From NCBI GenBank assembly GCA_964525185.1, contig CAZGFQ010000001.1, positions 29,486 through 93,485 on the forward strand: DNA of 64,000 nucleotides, in the 5' to 3' direction. Positions within the stretch are counted from its first letter, which is position 1; every line of letters starts with the position of its first letter. This document shows positions 15,289 through 24,595 of this stretch, in pieces. Source of the stretch: an uncultured bacterium (GTDB taxonomy: Bacteria > Fidelibacterota > Marinisomatia > Marinisomatales > UBA1611). The translations under genes and the position numbers were made by a program. Under the pieces are notes generated by a model, which ran no database searches, was not told the origin of the DNA, and worked only from the letters and a program-made list of their open reading frames with translations.

Positions 15289-15325
15289 AGATTAAAATTT
15301 GATTAGAAAATTCTAATATTAGAAT
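15289..15325. promoter_or_regulatory. Candidate operator in divergent promoter: TTAGA-N4-TCTAA-N2-TTAGA, includes perfect 16-bp palindrome ATTCTAATATTAGAAT
   Basis: GATTAGAAAATTCTAAT at 15301..15317 matches 5151..5167 at 16/17 positions. ATTCTAATATTAGAAT at 15310..15325 is a perfect palindrome. The site is centred between the gene starts at 15257 (-) and 15370 (+). Confidence 0.4.
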
Positions 15326-15369
15326 GGCAGTTATTTATACTATTCAGATGTAAATTAATAGATGAATCA

Positions 15370-16059
15370 TTGGAGCAGTTTGTGCACATTCTCATCATAG
15401 AAGATGAATCTTTTATTGGCGAACATATAAAATCGTCTTTGATAGATCGTGGGTTTTCCTGTAAATGGTTTCAGAATGGGGAAGATGGATTAGAGTCCGC
15501 TGTAGTGGATTCTTATGATTGTATTATTCTGGATAGACGCCTTCCAGATATGGAAGGGTTGGATATTTGCAAAGAAATTCGATATCAAGGCATCAGTACC
15601 CCCATTATTATGTTAACAGCAATGGCGGATATTGACCAAAAAGTGGAGGGGTTGAATGCTGGAGCGGATGATTATATGACTAAACCCTTTTCTGCCGATG
15701 AATTGATTGCACGGTTAAATGCCGTTGTACGTCGAATTACATTCCAAAAAAAACCAATACTTCAATTATCGAATGTAGAATTAAATCCATTAAAACGAAC
15801 TGTAAAAGTGGATGGCAAATTGATTACAATGTCAAATCGAGAATTTATATTATTACAATATTTAATGCACCATGGAGGAAAACCATTAACACGGAGTCAA
15901 ATATTTGATCATGTATGGGGTGATTCCGGAGGTTCCGAATCTAATGTAGTTGATGTATATATAAATTACATTCGTAAAAAAATTGATATAAATCCAAAAA
16001 TGGATTCGCACATTATTACAATGAGAGGATATGGGTATAGGTTCAATGAAGATGCCTAA
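15370..16059 (+). CDS. OmpR-family response regulator
   Basis: A receiver domain (ILIIEDE...ILDRRLPDMEGL...TA..D) is followed by a winged-helix output (LSNREFILLQYLM...VWG...NVVDVYINYIRKKI...TMRGYGYRF). The track start is a TTG, and an in-frame GTG at 15382 is an alternative. Confidence 0.9.
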   Translation: MEQFVHILIIEDESFIGEHIKSSLIDRGFSCKWFQNGEDGLESAVVDSYDCIILDRRLPDMEGLDICKEIRYQGISTPIIMLTAMADIDQKVEGLNAGADDYMTKPFSADELIARLNAVVRRITFQKKPILQLSNVELNPLKRTVKVDGKLITMSNREFILLQYLMHHGGKPLTRSQIFDHVWGDSGGSESNVVDVYINYIRKKIDINPKMDSHIITMRGYGYRFNEDA

Positions 16060-17434
16060 ACTTACACTTCATGCTAAAATTGTTCTTTGGTCTTCATTGG
16101 TTGTTGGCATCATTCTAATTGTGTTTAGTATAGAATCCATTTTATTAATTAGGAATAAATTAGGTGAGGATGTAGATCATAGATTAGAATCGGAAGCACA
16201 CGAAATAATTCAAACATTTGGATTAGTAGATGGACAAGTAAAAATTATACATGAATTTGAATGGGAAGAACCTCACCACGTTTCTGAAGAAGATGCTATA
16301 TACATTTTATACGCAGATGAAACTCGAAAAGAAATAATAAGGTCGAAAAATTATTTAGGAAAAGCATCTCCTATTTCGTCTATTTCATTTGATTCCTTAA
16401 ATACAACATTCAAAACACATATAGTTAATGACATAAAAATCCGTTTTGCAGCAAAACCTTTTAGTTTTAATGAGACACATAAAGGTTGGCTCATAACAGG
16501 AATGACTTTTGATGGATTGAACCATGTTCAAAATGTTATTTTGGGTGTATATGCCTTTATTTTTCCGCTTGCAATGCTCATCGCTTTTTTAGGCAGTTCA
16601 GTTGTGGCTAGAAAAGCACTTGAACCTGTGTTAGATATATCAGAAACAGTTCGACATATTCATTCTCGTAATTTAGATCAAGAACTCAATGTTTTGGATT
16701 CAAAAGATGAAATTGCCCATTTAGCAGATACAATAAATGATCTACTCAAACGATTGCGCATAAGTTTTAAAACTATTCGCCAATTCACAGCTAATGCTTC
16801 TCATGAATTAAAAATACCATTATCTATCGTTAAGGCAGAATTAGACCAATTACAAAAAGTAGATCAAAATACGTTAAAAAACGAATCTTTAGAAAGAACT
16901 AAACTTGAATTAAATCGAATGGCGAAACTTATTGGTGACTTGTCAACGCTTGCGAAAACGGATACAAAACAAATCATGATCAATAAACAAACCGTTTGGC
17001 TAAACGATATAATTCATGATGAAATTGAACGATATCGACCTACATCAAATGAGAAAAATATTGCATTAGTTGTAGATAAATTACCATCAGTTTCAGTGCA
17101 TGCTGACCCTCACTGGATGCAGGTTTTAGCATCAAACTTACTTGATAATGCTATTAAATTTTCACCTAATGGTTCAACCGTTAACATACACATTATTGAT
17201 AAAGATAAACAATTTTATGAATTAAGTATTACAGATAACGGCCCTGGAATTCAGGATACTGAAATTGAGAATGTAACACGTAGATTTTATCGATCTGAAC
17301 CGGCTAATAATATATCAGGTAGCGGTTTAGGATTATCAATAGTGGAATGGGTTGCGAAATCTCATGGAGGAGAAATTGTTTTTAAAAATAATGATGGCGG
17401 TGGATTAACCGTCACTCTCACGATTCCAAAATAA
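16031..17434 (+). CDS. Sensor histidine kinase (2 TM, periplasmic loop, HAMP, HisKA, HATPase_c)
   Basis: It has the H-box FTANASHELKIPLS, the N-box LLDNAIKFSP, and G-boxes DNGPGI and GSGLGLSIV. Alternative starts lie at 16046 and 16052. Confidence 0.9.
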   Translation: MGIGSMKMPKLTLHAKIVLWSSLVVGIILIVFSIESILLIRNKLGEDVDHRLESEAHEIIQTFGLVDGQVKIIHEFEWEEPHHVSEEDAIYILYADETRKEIIRSKNYLGKASPISSISFDSLNTTFKTHIVNDIKIRFAAKPFSFNETHKGWLITGMTFDGLNHVQNVILGVYAFIFPLAMLIAFLGSSVVARKALEPVLDISETVRHIHSRNLDQELNVLDSKDEIAHLADTINDLLKRLRISFKTIRQFTANASHELKIPLSIVKAELDQLQKVDQNTLKNESLERTKLELNRMAKLIGDLSTLAKTDTKQIMINKQTVWLNDIIHDEIERYRPTSNEKNIALVVDKLPSVSVHADPHWMQVLASNLLDNAIKFSPNGSTVNIHIIDKDKQFYELSITDNGPGIQDTEIENVTRRFYRSEPANNISGSGLGLSIVEWVAKSHGGEIVFKNNDGGGLTVTLTIPK

Positions 17435-17435
17435 T

Positions 17436-17594
17436 TTATTTTAGTAAATAAGTTTCAATTACCCATCCCGAACCAAAAATAATTCCTCCAGCTAATAAGA
17501 GTTTAGGGTCCATTAAAGCAGGAAATTTGATTATAAATCCAATCCCAATCACGGTTATACCTAAAATTTCTAAAGCTTTTGCTAAATAATACAT
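17436..17594 (-). CDS. Small (52 aa) two-helix membrane protein, not in ORF track
   Basis: The ATG at 17594..17592 overlaps the TAA of the upstream 157-aa gene by 1 nt (TAATG). The product is MYYLAKALEILGITVIGIGFIIKFPALMDPKLLLAGGIIFGSGWVIETYLLK. It fills the whole gap to the kinase stop. Confidence 0.4.
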   Translation of the reverse strand: MYYLAKALEILGITVIGIGFIIKFPALMDPKLLLAGGIIFGSGWVIETYLLK

Positions 17595-18067
17595 TATAAA
17601 GCTTCATCCATTTCATTTATAAGAGAAATTTGCTCCCTAAAGGCAGTGTTTTTTATTTTTAAAGCATAAAAGTGATATACAATACCTAAAAGAAATAATT
17701 GCCCATGAAGCCATCCTATAGAAAAGTCATTATCAGCTGCACCGCCTAAAATAAAAATGGTTCCAAATATTAGAACTGTTAAACTAACATGTTTATAAAT
17801 TGGACCTTTAATTTTAGCCATACTGATTTGAAATGTTTGCGCTTTTTCTAATTGGGCAATAAGTGGTTTATATGCTTTTGATGTTGCAATAAAAAAATAC
17901 AGAACCAATGTTTCCGTGAATGATAAAATTATCATAGTAACAGTAGCAATTCGGGGGTGATTAACCCCAAAAATAGTTTGGTGTGTTACACCCGCATATC
18001 CTGTCAATACGAGTAAAAGGGTCGTTAAGCCCATTAGGGCATAACATGAAATTAAAAATATCCACAT
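17594..18067 (-). CDS. Four-TM membrane protein, unknown function
   Basis: The ORF has an ATG start and four hydrophobic segments. No family was recognised. Confidence 0.6.
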   Translation of the reverse strand: MWIFLISCYALMGLTTLLLVLTGYAGVTHQTIFGVNHPRIATVTMIILSFTETLVLYFFIATSKAYKPLIAQLEKAQTFQISMAKIKGPIYKHVSLTVLIFGTIFILGGAADNDFSIGWLHGQLFLLGIVYHFYALKIKNTAFREQISLINEMDEAL

Positions 18068-18111
18068 TTATTATTTATCCTTTAAATAAGAAGGCGGGAA
18101 TTTCGAATAAA

Positions 18112-19038
18112 ATGAACTTAAAAAGGAATGAAAAGATCATGAGTTCTATTCAAAATGTCGTTTTAATATTCCGTGTGAAAAAGAAGTTACAATTACACCA
18201 ATGGCTAGGATTCTTATTATTCATAAATATTATTGCCTGTTCGGAAAAAACTACTTATTCGGTCATTGGCACAGTATCCGACATTCAAATGGAGGAAAAA
18301 ACAATCATAGTTCGACATGATTCTATTCCCGGACTCATGATGTCTATGACGATGCCATTTCATGTAAAACACATTAAAGAAATAGAACACCTAACTCTCG
18401 GTGATAGCATTCATTTCGATTTCATTTGGATGGATGATTCACCTTATATCGAAAATGTAAATGTTGTGGGTAAAGGAGCTAGATTTGATGAAAATGATGT
18501 AGATGATTTTTGGGAAGAAGAATCATTTAAAAAAAGTTTAGGTGATATTATTGATAATGGATCATTTCTCAATGAAAAAGGGGAATTGGTACAATTGTCT
18601 GAATCTGACGGTTCATTTAGAATTATTTCTTTTATATTTTCTCGTTGCCCAATGCCAAATTTATGTCCAGCCATTGTTTTCAAAAATCAATACCTTGCCA
18701 GTGCTTTCAAGGATCATAATCAAGTTGAACTCATTATGATAAGTTTTGATTATGCATATGATTCACCTAAAATATTGATGGAAAAATATGGATCTGCCGT
18801 TTCACCATTTCCGCAATGGCATATATGGTCAAGCCAGAATCATTCATCAGATATAATGTGGTTAGCCAAACAAACTGGATTTGAATTTTGGGGTGTTGAG
18901 CAGAATCAAATAGGACATAATTTGCGCACGATTATATTAGATCCGAATCGTCGATGGATTAAAACATATGTAGGTGATCAATGGCGTGGCAAAGACATTA
19001 AAAATGACCTACTTCAAATAATGAAAATCTATAAATAA
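18112..19038 (+). CDS. CusF-like copper-binding domain fused to SCO1/SenC-type thioredoxin-fold copper chaperone (lipoprotein)
   Basis: The lipobox-like sequence is LFINIIACSEK. VIGTVSDIQMEEKTIIVRHDSIPGLMMSMTMPFHV...LGDSIHFDF is CusF-like (M.M.M.F). It is followed by FIFSRCPMPNLCP (a CxxxxxCP variant of the SCO CxxxCP motif). The start is uncertain (18112 or 18139); the track start at 17983 overlaps the divergent gene. Confidence 0.7.
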   Translation: MNLKRNEKIMSSIQNVVLIFRVKKKLQLHQWLGFLLFINIIACSEKTTYSVIGTVSDIQMEEKTIIVRHDSIPGLMMSMTMPFHVKHIKEIEHLTLGDSIHFDFIWMDDSPYIENVNVVGKGARFDENDVDDFWEEESFKKSLGDIIDNGSFLNEKGELVQLSESDGSFRIISFIFSRCPMPNLCPAIVFKNQYLASAFKDHNQVELIMISFDYAYDSPKILMEKYGSAVSPFPQWHIWSSQNHSSDIMWLAKQTGFEFWGVEQNQIGHNLRTIILDPNRRWIKTYVGDQWRGKDIKNDLLQIMKIYK

Positions 19039-19070
19039 AAAAGCCCCAGCAGATGCTGAGGCTTTTTTGT
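19038..19070. terminator. Bidirectional terminator between convergent genes
   Basis: The sequence AAAAAGCCCCAGCAGATGCTGAGGCTTTTTT forms an imperfect 9-bp stem flanked by an A-run and a T-run. It lies between the stops at 19038 (+) and 19089 (-). Confidence 0.55.
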
Positions 19071-19088
19071 CATTTTTTGATTTATAAT

Positions 19089-22085
19089 TTACCACTCATC
19101 TTCATCGTCCCATTCGTCCTCATCGTCATCACTTTCTTCTTCATCAAAATTATATCCATTTTCGTCAAAATACTGTTTCACAATATTAGTAATATCTTTT
19201 TGACCTTTCATAGCCCAAATGAAATCACGAATCCCTTCTAACATTGCAGTTGTATCGCCATCCAAAGCTATTAAATGTTTTCCATAAATATCCGAAGCAT
19301 ATTCATCTTCAAATAAATCAGGTGTGGGGAGGAAAGGAGCTGGCATTTTTGTTCCGGGCATAATGACCATCGGATCTTTTAACCAATCAACAATCCATTC
19401 AGCACGAAGGCGATCTTTTGCCATGGCTAAATTGGGCGCCCAAGCTTGAGCACCTTGAATAGGGAATGTTGAACCATAGAAATGGCAATTGTTACATGCT
19501 CCAAAATCTGCACTTGCTAACTTTTCGCCTGCTTTATACTTACCCGAAATAGAGACAGAATGATCTGACTCATACGCAAGCAATTGATTGTCAGCATACT
19601 GGAATGAACGAATAATAGAATTCCATTGGTCATCTGTCATATTAAAAGAAGGCATCCGAACTTGTAGATTCGGTCGAATGGTTGTTGGCGCATTAAAGAA
19701 ATTAAATAACCAGTCGGGTTGTGTTTTACTGCCTTGTGTATTCAAGTTTGGTGGAGAAAAATCTGCAGGTCCGATTACATCAGCAATTTGGCCACCAAAA
19801 TTGTCAATAATATGGCATCCTTGACAGTTAAACTCTTTAATAAGTTTTCGCCCTTCATACACAAGTTCATCACTCACATATTGATCGGCTTGCATTTTAG
19901 GACTCACTTCATTTTCTGTAAAACTCAAAATGGCAGTCACAAGCGCTTCAACTTCTATGTCACTGAAAGCAAAGTTTGGCATTCTCAATTTATCTTCAGC
20001 AGGTGACTCTTTCCCATGATCAAAAATTCTAGGGTTCTCCAATTTCCGTGTAAACCAGGCATGATTTACATGTTCAATGTCATGGATATAACCGAAATCA
20101 AGTTTAACAACTGGTTTTGATCCTTCGAATGTTAATTCAGTCCCAATTGGTTTTGCATCTTCATATCCGGGAATATTGTGGCATCCAAAACATCCGTAAT
20201 ATCGGAAACTTTTATCAGCAACATATTCCATTTTCTCATCATGAGACATATTTGCTAATGTAGATTTTGCAAATGCTTCAGTATTCATTTTAGATAACCA
20301 ACCAAAAGCAATAGTGTCTAATTGTGCTTTATCTAATTCAATATTATCCATTGCTTCAAATTCAGGATTTGTAAAAGATCTTAAGTAGGCTGTAATATCT
20401 TTTGCTTCTTGGTCCGATAATCTTAAATCGGGCATACGAGTTCCCGGCCAATAATCACTAGGATTTTTAATCCAATTGTATACCCATTCAGCGGATCCTT
20501 TTGACCCAAGGCCAATCAGATTTGGCCCATGGTCCTTAAGAATAGACTCAATAGAAATATCTTCAGTCATATTTTCAGATTCCGGTTCAACTATATGACA
20601 ACCACGACACCCAACGGCATTAAAAAGTTCCTCACCTTTAACCGCATCACCCATAAATCTATGATCGTTTTCTGTCGATACTTCTTTCCCATTAGGGAAC
20701 AAATAATGAACCATAGTCATAATTTCAGTATCATTACGTTTTACCATGTCTGAACTAGAATTATTATCCTGTCCAAAGAAATGTGGCATTCGAGTGTTAT
20801 GTCTGAATTCTCTTGGAGCTTTTATCCACTTTGCTGTCCAATTTTTATCTAATTTTTCAGATACTTTACCTAGATCCGGCCCTGCTTTTCTGCGTTCTTC
20901 ATATCGTTGAATTAAGTGGCACCCATTACATCCACTCTTTTCGATGAGAGATAGTCCAAGTGTGAGTTTATCAGCATCATTGATATAAGCTTCTTTTTGA
21001 TGACACTTAAAACAGCTTGCTTCGGTATAACTAGACGGAAGCATTGGCTGTAACCAATGATGCATTTTCTCCCAATCATACTCTTCTTCCCATCGCTCTT
21101 TTTCTTCTTCAGAGTCGGGCATATGAACGGCAGAAACGAAGGAAGTTCCTCGCGCACGTCCAGAGTGACAGCCTGTACAACCAAATTCCGTCATTGGATG
21201 TGGAGATGCTGAACTTAAATATGTGTCCAAATTAGGATGCGTTCTATAAGGTTGTTCTGCTTCAGCAAAATCTGGATTTGTAATACCTAAATGACAACTG
21301 GTACATCTATCCACTGATGGAACTTGTGTGAAATTCACATTGTACTTGATGTCTGGTACAACAATTTGTTTAACCTTGTAATACGGATTCATAAAATCAA
21401 GAATAGGTAAATCACGGACTAAATCACCCACTTTATTCATGAATGACATATGTTTTCTATCTATTTTTTCTAACTTATTTTGAACAAGTAACACATCAGC
21501 CAATACACGATTTAATTCTTCTGTAGAAGCTTTTACCTCGCTATTCATTTCTTTTATAAGTTTTTCAGTATTTGCAATGTCTGTTTCAGTTGCTTCTTTT
21601 TTTAATTTATATGAATGAAGCAGGTCCTTTGCCTCATCAAATAAGAGTCTATTTTCAGCCGAATGGTCTTCACCATGATCTGAACCATGGGTATTATCTT
21701 TTTCTACTAAATACTTTAAAGCATCAATTTCTGAATTTTGACCTTGGTAATCCATATTATGTTTATAAAAAATACCATTTAAAGTCACTAATCGAGCGTC
21801 TAGGGAATCGGCTAAATGTGTTTTAGCATCTAAATTATTTTGTGCATCCTGAGCTTTTTCTTCGTAGGAGACACGTTCATTTTTAACCGTCTCAAGCTCT
21901 TCAGCTAATTCAGCTTCTGCCATTTGAATTTCAAGTTGTCTGAAATTCCGTTGGTAGACTTTGTATTCGTCGTCATTATCATCAATAAACATCCAAACAA
22001 ATGAAATCATAAAAAGGATGCTTGAAAGGGCGAACCATTTATTAAGTTGATGAATATTCCAATATCTTTCGTCGTTTTTAAACAT
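19089..22085 (-). CDS. Membrane-anchored octahaem c-type cytochrome of the Rieske/cyt b complex (TM + coiled coil + 3 haems + 5 class-I-like monohaem domains + acidic tail)
   Basis: By manual count there are 8 CXXCH: CTSCH, CTGCH, CFKCH, CNGCH, CRGCH, CFGCH, CQGCH and CNNCH. The N-terminal TM is FALSSILFMISFVWMFI, followed by a ~190-aa heptad-rich segment. Five repeats carry W(I/L)K.P....(T/V)(R/K)MP. The tail is EEESDDDEDEWDDEDEW. The gene lies 8 nt downstream of the cyt b gene. Confidence 0.85.
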   Translation of the reverse strand: MFKNDERYWNIHQLNKWFALSSILFMISFVWMFIDDNDDEYKVYQRNFRQLEIQMAEAELAEELETVKNERVSYEEKAQDAQNNLDAKTHLADSLDARLVTLNGIFYKHNMDYQGQNSEIDALKYLVEKDNTHGSDHGEDHSAENRLLFDEAKDLLHSYKLKKEATETDIANTEKLIKEMNSEVKASTEELNRVLADVLLVQNKLEKIDRKHMSFMNKVGDLVRDLPILDFMNPYYKVKQIVVPDIKYNVNFTQVPSVDRCTSCHLGITNPDFAEAEQPYRTHPNLDTYLSSASPHPMTEFGCTGCHSGRARGTSFVSAVHMPDSEEEKERWEEEYDWEKMHHWLQPMLPSSYTEASCFKCHQKEAYINDADKLTLGLSLIEKSGCNGCHLIQRYEERRKAGPDLGKVSEKLDKNWTAKWIKAPREFRHNTRMPHFFGQDNNSSSDMVKRNDTEIMTMVHYLFPNGKEVSTENDHRFMGDAVKGEELFNAVGCRGCHIVEPESENMTEDISIESILKDHGPNLIGLGSKGSAEWVYNWIKNPSDYWPGTRMPDLRLSDQEAKDITAYLRSFTNPEFEAMDNIELDKAQLDTIAFGWLSKMNTEAFAKSTLANMSHDEKMEYVADKSFRYYGCFGCHNIPGYEDAKPIGTELTFEGSKPVVKLDFGYIHDIEHVNHAWFTRKLENPRIFDHGKESPAEDKLRMPNFAFSDIEVEALVTAILSFTENEVSPKMQADQYVSDELVYEGRKLIKEFNCQGCHIIDNFGGQIADVIGPADFSPPNLNTQGSKTQPDWLFNFFNAPTTIRPNLQVRMPSFNMTDDQWNSIIRSFQYADNQLLAYESDHSVSISGKYKAGEKLASADFGACNNCHFYGSTFPIQGAQAWAPNLAMAKDRLRAEWIVDWLKDPMVIMPGTKMPAPFLPTPDLFEDEYASDIYGKHLIALDGDTTAMLEGIRDFIWAMKGQKDITNIVKQYFDENGYNFDEEESDDDEDEWDDEDEW

Positions 22086-22093
22086 ATGTCACT

Positions 22094-23212
22094 CTAAATG
22101 TTGAAGAACCATTCGGGAATGGCTATGATGTATTTAAGATTAAATAACCAACGCATATACATTTTAATGGGTAATGATAACATGGATAAACCAAATAGCA
22201 TTAGAAATGTATATCGCACTGGACCGATTTCCTGAAAATAATTTTTTAACCAGGATTTAGCCAATATGATTGGCAGGACGCCCATATAACCAATCATAAC
22301 TACAAAACCCATGCTTTCTCTCAGTAATATATTGGAAGGCATACCAGTCTCTAACATTTTTACCCAAATATATTCAGATAAATTGACATTGTTCAAAGGT
22401 ACAACTTTATGTGCATCCCAATATTCGAATGGGCCAAAGAAATTCCAGTTTGGACCACGGAAAAAAGTTCCAATAACAATTAGAAACAGCCATAAAACAA
22501 CCCATCCATACATAAAAATAAACATCCCTATACGACGTTCTTTGAAAGAATAATAGCCATCACCTTTTTTATTTATATCCATATAAGGGATTGCCATCAT
22601 TCCAATAATGATAAACATTGGAAATACAATACCAGCAATCCATGGATCGAAATACACAAGCATTTCTTGTAATCCTAAGAAATACCACGGCGCTTTTGAT
22701 GGGTTTGGTGTTGCTGCAGGATTAGCGGGTTCTTCTAATGGCGCTGCCACTAAAATGGACCAAACAATTAGAAACACCATAAACAAAATCAGAGCAATAA
22801 ATTCTATGTAAACTAAATCAGGCCAGACCAATACTTTATCATCTGGATCATTGTATTCCATAGGTTTAAGACCATTTTCTAATCGATCATCATTTTGATA
22901 TGCTTGATACATACTCCACCAAATCGTGATAAACATAGAATAGATCATTAGAATAATGGGGAAATTATCTGCCTTTGTTAGGGTAACATTGAAATTTTCA
23001 TCGAAATATCCGACGACAAAAAAGAAGGTAATGGCAATCATTCCACCATAAAACCCTGGTTTTGTCCATAGACGCCAAATTCCAAATTTCCGATGTATTT
23101 TTTCAAACCAATCTGTTGGTGGAAATACAAATGGAAAAGCAACAGTCAGAAACGTAAAGCTAACCGTTGGGGCTGAAAGAATATCAATTATATCTTTAAA
23201 TGTTTGAAGCAC
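22094..23212 (-). CDS. Cytochrome b C-terminal subunit (subunit-IV-like, extended, multi-TM)
   Basis: KAPWYFLGLQEML is a variant of the PEWY Qo-site motif, and extra TM helices lie on both sides. The GTG start has a GAGG 8 nt upstream. Confidence 0.8.
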   Translation of the reverse strand: MLQTFKDIIDILSAPTVSFTFLTVAFPFVFPPTDWFEKIHRKFGIWRLWTKPGFYGGMIAITFFFVVGYFDENFNVTLTKADNFPIILMIYSMFITIWWSMYQAYQNDDRLENGLKPMEYNDPDDKVLVWPDLVYIEFIALILFMVFLIVWSILVAAPLEEPANPAATPNPSKAPWYFLGLQEMLVYFDPWIAGIVFPMFIIIGMMAIPYMDINKKGDGYYSFKERRIGMFIFMYGWVVLWLFLIVIGTFFRGPNWNFFGPFEYWDAHKVVPLNNVNLSEYIWVKMLETGMPSNILLRESMGFVVMIGYMGVLPIILAKSWLKNYFQEIGPVRYTFLMLFGLSMLSLPIKMYMRWLFNLKYIIAIPEWFFNI

Positions 23213-23233
23213 AAGAAACCTCGTAATTTGAGT

Positions 23234-24025
23234 TTAAAGTGGACCTGAAATGCCGCCATCTTTCCGGATTCTCCAGAAATGTACAGCCATCAAAATCATC
23301 ACAATGAATGGAACACCAATACAGTGTAAAACATAGAAGCGCAACAAAGATGCTTCCCCAACAAATCGCCCACCTAATAAGGCAAAACGAACATCCGAAC
23401 CTGCATGGACCAAATTTATATCCCCAATCGCCAATAATGATGCTCCCGGCCCTTCACTTCCAATGAATGGATGAGCACGTGCCATATTTGTTCCAACTGT
23501 AATAGCCCAAATCGCTAATTGATCCCATGGAAGTAAATATCCAGTGAATGATAAAAACATGGTTAAAGTCATAAGCAGCACACCAACACCCCAATTGAAT
23601 TCTCTTGGTGGCTTATATGACCCAGTCATAAATACACGGAGCATATGCAACCATACTGTTAAAACCATTGCATGGGCACCCCAACGATGTAATTCACGCA
23701 TTATACCAAGTGGCACTTGTTCTGCCATGTCGATAATATCAGTATATGCATATTCAACCGTTGGTCTATAATAAAACATGAGAAGTATTCCAGTAATGGT
23801 AAGAACAATAAATAGGAAGAAGGATAACCCCCCCATACACCATGTATACCCAACTTTAACAGCATGTTTGGGTATGCGAGCAGGGTGAAGGTGGAGGAAG
23901 ACACTCCCTAAAATCGCTTGCATGCGTTGACGTCTTGAACGAGGAACACCAGATCGAATAATTGATTTCCAAACTTGAGATTCTCCCATTCTTTCTAAGA
24001 ATGATTTTTTATTTTTATTTTCCAT
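23234..24025 (-). CDS. Cytochrome b N-terminal subunit (b6-like)
   Basis: The signature stretch is ...HLHP...GGLSFFLFIVLTITGILLMFYY...RELHRWGAHAMVLTVWLHMLRVF..GSYK.PRE.NW..GV......FTGYLLPWDQ. Confidence 0.9.
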   Translation of the reverse strand: MENKNKKSFLERMGESQVWKSIIRSGVPRSRRQRMQAILGSVFLHLHPARIPKHAVKVGYTWCMGGLSFFLFIVLTITGILLMFYYRPTVEYAYTDIIDMAEQVPLGIMRELHRWGAHAMVLTVWLHMLRVFMTGSYKPPREFNWGVGVLLMTLTMFLSFTGYLLPWDQLAIWAITVGTNMARAHPFIGSEGPGASLLAIGDINLVHAGSDVRFALLGGRFVGEASLLRFYVLHCIGVPFIVMILMAVHFWRIRKDGGISGPL

Positions 24026-24043
24026 ATTGCTTTAGAATTCCTA

Positions 24044-24592
24044 TTAAACTTTTAAGAAGGATTCGGCATTTTCCCATTCGCCTTTTTCCCATTTGAAACT
24101 TTTTGTTTTATCTACAAGTATTTGACCGTCGGTTGCAACCGAAATTTTATATCGTTCCAAAGGTCGAGGGGCAGGTCCTTCAAAATTAATTCCAGTCATA
24201 CGAAAACCACTTCCGTGGCATGGACATTTAAATTTATTTTCCGTACCTAACCAATTAGGCGTGCACCCTAAATGTGTACAAACAGTTGAAAGAGCAAAGA
24301 TGGATTCTTCATCTCTAACCATCCACACATTATATTTCTTTTTATATCGAGTGTCCACAAAATTTGAAGCATAATCGTTGGGAAATCCTGCTTTAAAAGT
24401 TTGAGGTGGCTCAAATAATACGTTTGGAAAAAGAAAACGAACAATGACGGTGAAAAATCCACCCGTTGCGGCAGAAAATGCAATCCAACCCACTGTCATC
24501 CATCGGAAAAAACCGCGGCGTCCAAGCGCATTATCATCTTTTTCTGCTGGAGTTACAGAAGCAGGCGGTGTTGTTTTTATGTCTTCAGTCAT
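24044..24592 (-). CDS. Rieske [2Fe-2S] subunit
   Basis: It has CTHLGC and CPCHGS cluster boxes and an N-terminal GRRGFFRW twin-arginine-like anchor. Confidence 0.9.
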   Translation of the reverse strand: MTEDIKTTPPASVTPAEKDDNALGRRGFFRWMTVGWIAFSAATGGFFTVIVRFLFPNVLFEPPQTFKAGFPNDYASNFVDTRYKKKYNVWMVRDEESIFALSTVCTHLGCTPNWLGTENKFKCPCHGSGFRMTGINFEGPAPRPLERYKISVATDGQILVDKTKSFKWEKGEWENAESFLKV

Positions 24593-24595
24593 AAT

